Source: Lama guanicoe
Taxonomy: Eukaryota
Length of the DNA stretch: 64,000 nucleotides
NCBI GenBank assembly: GCA_013239625.1
Contig: MU054001.1
Location: 4,938,167-5,002,166 of the forward strand
Direction: 5' to 3'
Shown here: positions 59,041-64,000 of the stretch, piece after piece
How positions within the stretch are numbered: the first letter of the stretch is position 1
How the letters are laid out: each line of letters starts with the position of its first letter
Notes under the pieces: generated by a model
The model's input: the letters and a program-made list of their open reading frames with translations, nothing else
Databases searched by the model: none
What the model was told of the DNA's origin: nothing
Translations under genes and position numbers: made by a program

Positions 59041-59397
59041 CCGCTACTGCCCAGCTTCTGATTCTCGCTCAAGTATTTACTTCATTTGCAAGTGGCTTTT
59101 CTCACCATGATCCCATTACTCCAGGAGGGACCTGAAAACCAGGCATTTATCTGATAGTGATGTCTGTCCTGCTTGCTTCAGTTTCTGCAGGGCAAGAAGC
59201 AGTTGGGAGGTCACAGAAGGAAGGGGACATTTGCCCCAATATAGACTTACTTAGCTTTACTCACTAAAGCTTCTCCCTTCACAGTGAGTCCTGGCCCTTT
59301 GCGTACCTCAGGAAATGCCAGGACCTTGAGCTTGGCAGGGTGTGCCACCAACGTTACCTCCCTGATTAACCATTTTGGTTCCTAATCTAGGACTACA

Positions 59398-59585
59398 TCA
59401 GTGGTTCCCAATCCCGGCTGCACATTAATTAGATTCCCCTGGCAGCTTTCACAAGCTGCACCTGTGCCCGGCTGCCCTTCCCTGCCCAGGAGCTCTGGGC
59501 ACGGGGCTCAGACTTTTCAGGTGTCAGGATTTTTCTAGCACCACAGGTGACCCACAGGGTACACCGGGGCTGAGAAGTGCTGCTT
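59398..59585. mobile_element. MER5A-like element
   Basis: cagtggttcccaatcccggctgcacatta...ggggctgagaagtgctg. Confidence 0.55.
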
Positions 59586-60759
59586 TGCAGGAAGGAGCAA
59601 GTCCTCAGGAGCCACCTCTATGGGGCAAGACTTCTCTGTAAGGCATCTCTCCTGCCGCTCTCTTGGGTAATTCCTCTATTTTGTAAACCATTTCTTTCTT
59701 TAAATATGCAAGTAACCAGCTTCTCTAAAACTGACCATTTCTAAAGATCATCAGCTGTCAGTAACCGTAAGATCCCAGGAGGCAGAGTTGGAGGATAGGT
59801 GTGGGGAGGCACGGGTGGCTGCTCTTCCCAGGGCCAGGTGCATCGGTCTTTACACTTCGGATGGAAACTTGTACCCTCCAGGTGAGGAGAGGAGCAGAGA
59901 GCGTATTAGAGGAAGGCAGGCCAAAGTCCGAGGGTTAGACACTACAGACTTTCTTAGAACGTGTTAGCTTACTTTTGTGAAGTGCCTCCAGGTTTGCAAA
60001 CATTGTTTTTTCAAAAGCAGTTTACCATGAGCCATCAGAGAGGACTATTTTACCAAGGAATTCAGAAGTGCCACTCTGAACAAAAATCTAGCCCTTTAAA
60101 AATCATTCTCACTTTCTTGTTCTTTCCACCTATATTCAAGGAGTGGGGGGAGCAAAGTTTGGTCTTCAACTGGATAAAATAATCTTCAATTCATTACCCA
60201 GAAAGATTGGCTTTTCCCCTCAGTCTAAACACTTTTGGGTCTACCATCCAAGGCACAGGCCGTCTGAGGAAGAGAGTTTCAGACCACTTTCCCAATCACA
60301 CTTCAGGAGATTCTGACCTTTTAAAATAATTTTACAGGATGTGTGTATTCCCTCCCTTTGATGGTTACCCTTCAGATTTTCATATTTTCCTTTCTCTCAT
60401 GTCTGCCATTTAGAAAAGATGCTATTCTTCGTTTGATTAAGTGTACTATATCCACTTCCTGGCTTACATAGAAAAATAAAATCATTTATTTGCCCCCAGA
60501 TAGCAAAAAGAATCATTTAACAAATGTTATCTGCCACTTTTTACCAGTTTTTTAGCAGGAGGGGGTGAACATGTGTAACCTTTATCTATTGCACAACACC
60601 AGGTCATCTGGTCTCCAGCCCCCTAAAAACATTTCTTTCTGAGTTGTCACTATGCACCAGAAAGAAATATGACAGTTTTCCTCACACTTTTCAGCTGTCA
60701 TGATGGCCCTTGTCCCACTGCCTGTGGTTCCTTCTTTTTGCATCCATGCTTCTATTAGA

Positions 60760-60945
60760 CTAGTGGGTTTCAACTCTTGTCTGCCCACGAGCAGCACTTG
60801 GGGCTTAAAAATACATGGATGTGTAAGCCCCTGGCCACAGAATCAGAGATTCTGATTCAACTGGTCTGGGAGAGGACCCAGGCACATGTATACAGGGTGA
60901 ACCCCCGGTGATTCTAGCATGTGGGTGGGTTTAGAACCACCATTG
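60760..60945. mobile_element. MER5A-like element
   Basis: agagattctgattcaactggtctggg...ggtgattctagcatg...ttagaaccaccattg. Confidence 0.6.
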
Positions 60946-61451
60946 TTGACTGTCAGCTCTTCCTGGTAGCAACAGTGCCTCCTTCATCTGGTACCCCAGC
61001 ACCTGCCACAGAGCCTGGTACAGGATAAACACTCACAGGTCTGCTATGAATTATATCCCGAATGGAAATTGGAGTCCTGATACCATCACACGACAACATC
61101 ACCCTCTTCTGATGTATTTCCCAGGTGCTATATATTAAGCAAGGAGTCTTAGGGTCATCAATTCTACAGAAGCAGGATTGCTGTAATACTAATGCGCCAT
61201 GGTTCACTCTGGGCCCATGTTCCATTACTTGCAAATACTCAAGGACAATGACATAGCACTTAGCCTATAAAAATGAGTCAATACATTGAAAAGAAATATT
61301 AAGTTATTTAAAAACGCATAGCAACAGAGCCTACACATATGAAGCAAAATAGCACGAATATCAATGTTGCCTAATGGCGTTCATTTGCCCAGTACTGCTC
61401 AGAATAAACACCCATTTCTTCCACGTGGCTTTCAGGCAAAAACAAAATTTT

Positions 61452-61607
61452 TTTCAATATATATTATTGTTCTGTAATTTTTCTTTTTGAGGGAGGAGGT
61501 AATTAAGTTTGTTCATTTGTTTGTTTATTTATTATTTATTTTTAATAGAAGTACTGGGGATTGAACCCAGGACCTTGAGCCCACCACTGAGCCATACCCT
61601 TGCCTCG
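61452..61607 (-). mobile_element. tRNA-derived SINE (vic-1-like, internally deleted)
   Basis: gtactggggattgaacccaggacc is joined almost directly to accactgagccataccc. Flanking repeat CAAAATTTT at 61443-61451 and 61608-61616. Confidence 0.75.
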
Positions 61608-61699
61608 CAAAATTTTAAGATACCTGAATTCAAAAGCAGAAGCCAAACTGTCAATTTGGGGCTTTATTCTGGCTGGTTAGCCAATCGGCTGATTGAATC

Positions 61700-62170
61700 A
61701 CATGTTCCTTCATTTGTCATGGACCTTTGAGTCCAAGAAGAGTCTTGGTGCCAGGCACTGCTCTAGGCATTGGGATACAGGGGTGAACTCTCGCGTTGTG
61801 CACCTGATCTCATGGAGCTGATATTCAAATGTGGAGCTAGACAGGAAAGAAGTGGAGCCCAAGCAATTCATGTAACGACAAGTGTCGTGATGAAAACAAA
61901 GCAGGAAGACTTAATAATAGTGAAGGGCCAGGGACTGACTTCTGCCTTGGGGTCAGGGAGGGCTTCTCTGAGAGGTGACCAAGGAAGGGGAGGTCTGAGT
62001 TTCAGGGGGCAGACTGCACCAGGTGGAGAGACAGCAAATGCACAGGTGGTAAGGGGCTGGCAGTTTGAGCAACAGAAAGGCCAGGGGCTGGAGCTCAGCA
62101 AGTGAGGGAAGGGTGGTATGAAATGTGAGGCAGGAGCCTGATCACCGAGGGCTTTGTCCACCATGGTAAG
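61700..62170 (-). mobile_element. L2 fragment
   Basis: gtgccaggcactgctctaggcattgggataca...ggtcagggagggcttctctgag. Confidence 0.65.
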
Positions 62171-62439
62171 GAGTCTGCGCGGATACCATTAAAGTGGTCC
62201 ACGCTGTTACCGGTTTCCACTGTAACAGAGTTGCCACCATAGACGGGGGCTCTTGTGGGGAGGTTGACAGTGTGAGTTTTGCAGCTCTGAAGAAACCATT
62301 CCATTGGGTCAAGGCAATAGTAATAATTACAAGAATTTTCTTTTCTTTATAAGTGTTAGAATGGGAGTTGGGGTGTTGGGCCAGTTCATCTGAATGAAAC
62401 ACCCTCCCCCTGAACAGCCATATGGCTTGTCTTCTCTCG

Positions 62440-62710
62440 TCTCTTAAACCTCTGTTCAAGGGTCACTTCCCCAGAGAGGCCTGTCCTCACTACCACCATC
62501 GCTCTCAACGCCCTTCTCTCATTCTGGTGGTCTTTACTGTCTGACCACTCCCAATATTATATATCTGTTTGTTCATTTTATACTTCCCCCTCCCCAGTGG
62601 AATGTAAGCGCCTGAGGTCAAAGACGTCACTTATTTTGTTTTTGTTTTTTGTTGTATTCGCAACACTCAGCACAATCCCCGGAAAAACAAACCTTTGGAG
62701 AATGAATTTC
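62440..62710 (+). mobile_element. L2 fragment
   Basis: gtcacttccccagagaggcctgtcct...ggaatgtaagcgcctgagg. Confidence 0.6.
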
Positions 62711-63310
62711 TTGGAATAAATGCCATTGGATTTTGCTGCATTTATTCGGGCAGGAGGGCCCTGGGAGAGTCCTAGTGTTCTGGGGCTTCTATTTCCCAAG
62801 CACACTCGTGTCCCTTCTAATCTTTCTGCCTTAATCACTTTAAATGTACTGACAAGCACAACTGACCAATTAATCGCGCTGACGCCCTTGTTACATCGTT
62901 TGTAATCCATGATGCTCTTTCTATTGGTAACGGCCTTTCAATTTTTCATGACTCAACATGGGGGACGTACACAGTGAATACAAATAGCAAATTGATTAAA
63001 TGTGATGCATATTCTCCTGCTTGCTGGGTTTATGCCTGTTATTAATGATGGAAATCTAGCAAATTCTCATGAAAACACTGATGACATACAACCTTTAATG
63101 CAAGATGTTGGAGCACTAGGGGTCCTAAATTTTCCTAATTACTGAGCAACAGCAGGCATTAATTTCCCAGACGGCAACCTTTGTAAATAAGAACATCAGC
63201 ACGGCTGCTTTGTCTAAGTTCTTTTTGCTGAGCGCAAGACCCATCACGCAACCCGTTTTTACTCTACCAGGCTATTTGTGTTGTGTTGCAAAAAAAAAAA
63301 AAAAAAAAAA

Positions 63311-63367
63311 NNNNNNNNNNNNNNNNNNNNNNNNNNNNNNNNNNNNNNNNNNNNNNNNNNNNNNNNN
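63311..63367. other. Assembly gap (57 N) flanked by poly(A) runs
   Basis: N run in the sequence. Confidence 1.
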
Positions 63368-64000
63368 CCAAGTGATTTTTTTGTTTGAAAAAAAAAAAAA
63401 AAAAAAAAAAGAAAAAGAGAAAAACCACAGATACACTTGGGAGATTGCCTTATGAGCAAAGTATAAAGGACACTACTTGTGCAAAATCAAATTTATTGTC
63501 TACTGAGGGATTGCATGTTTCTTGGAATGCTAATATACTGTGATGCAGACGTCACATCGCTTCAGCTGGTGTGCTGAGCATCAAAGCATCACAAAGGTGA
63601 TAAAGCAAAACAAGAAAAAAATGGGAACCAGAGCCTGCAATGGAGAATATGGCAAAGGAGATGCTTTTAAGAGACCCACCTGGCTGAATGTGCAACCGTG
63701 GCCTCAGATTGCCAAAGGATGAGCTGGTTTGCAGTGAGGGGCCATGTGAACCAATCCTTTTTTCCCTAGATAGAAAACCTTCTGAGAAGCAGGTGTTTTC
63801 TTTGATACTCTGGTGGCTAGGGTGACTGGTTTAGCTAGACTGGTACTGGGGAAACAGTACAGCACTCGTCTGACAGGTCTGTAAAGAGAGTGGATGAAGT
63901 GGATAGGAGGATTCATTGAGGATCACTTATACTTAAAAACCAGCATTCGCAGCATGCTAGATGCTAGAAGCCTGACCACTGCTACTAAAATCTCCCTCCT

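Noticed and set aside
1..64000. Exons of ZNF423 or CBLN1
   Set aside because: No C2H2 zinc-finger array or C1q-domain coding sequence was seen. The neighbours are inferred only from recalled synteny.

Overview
Mammalian, GC-rich genomic DNA, very probably from a camelid: four copies of a short tRNA-derived SINE resemble the camelid vic-1 type. One intact protein-coding gene is supported, a 5-exon minus-strand orthologue of C16orf78 (CDS 29911->19262, 264 aa, all introns GT-AG and phase-consistent). From recalled human synteny this is the gene-poor interval between ZNF423 (lower coordinates) and CBLN1 (higher coordinates); neither gene is in the window. The best lead is a second, apparently decayed multi-exon gene on the same strand upstream of C16orf78 (about 51361->38252). 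Its exon-like segments have good splice sites, largely matching phases and protein-like translations, but carry stops and frameshifts. I treat it as a candidate unitary pseudogene of a family I cannot name. The rest is old interspersed repeats (MIR, L2, L1M, MLT1, MER DNA transposons, ERV LTRs), simple repeats, several motif-dense candidate enhancers, candidate CTCF sites and a 57-N gap. No prokaryotic-type system (CRISPR, operon) is present. Repeat family names and boundaries are by eye and approximate.
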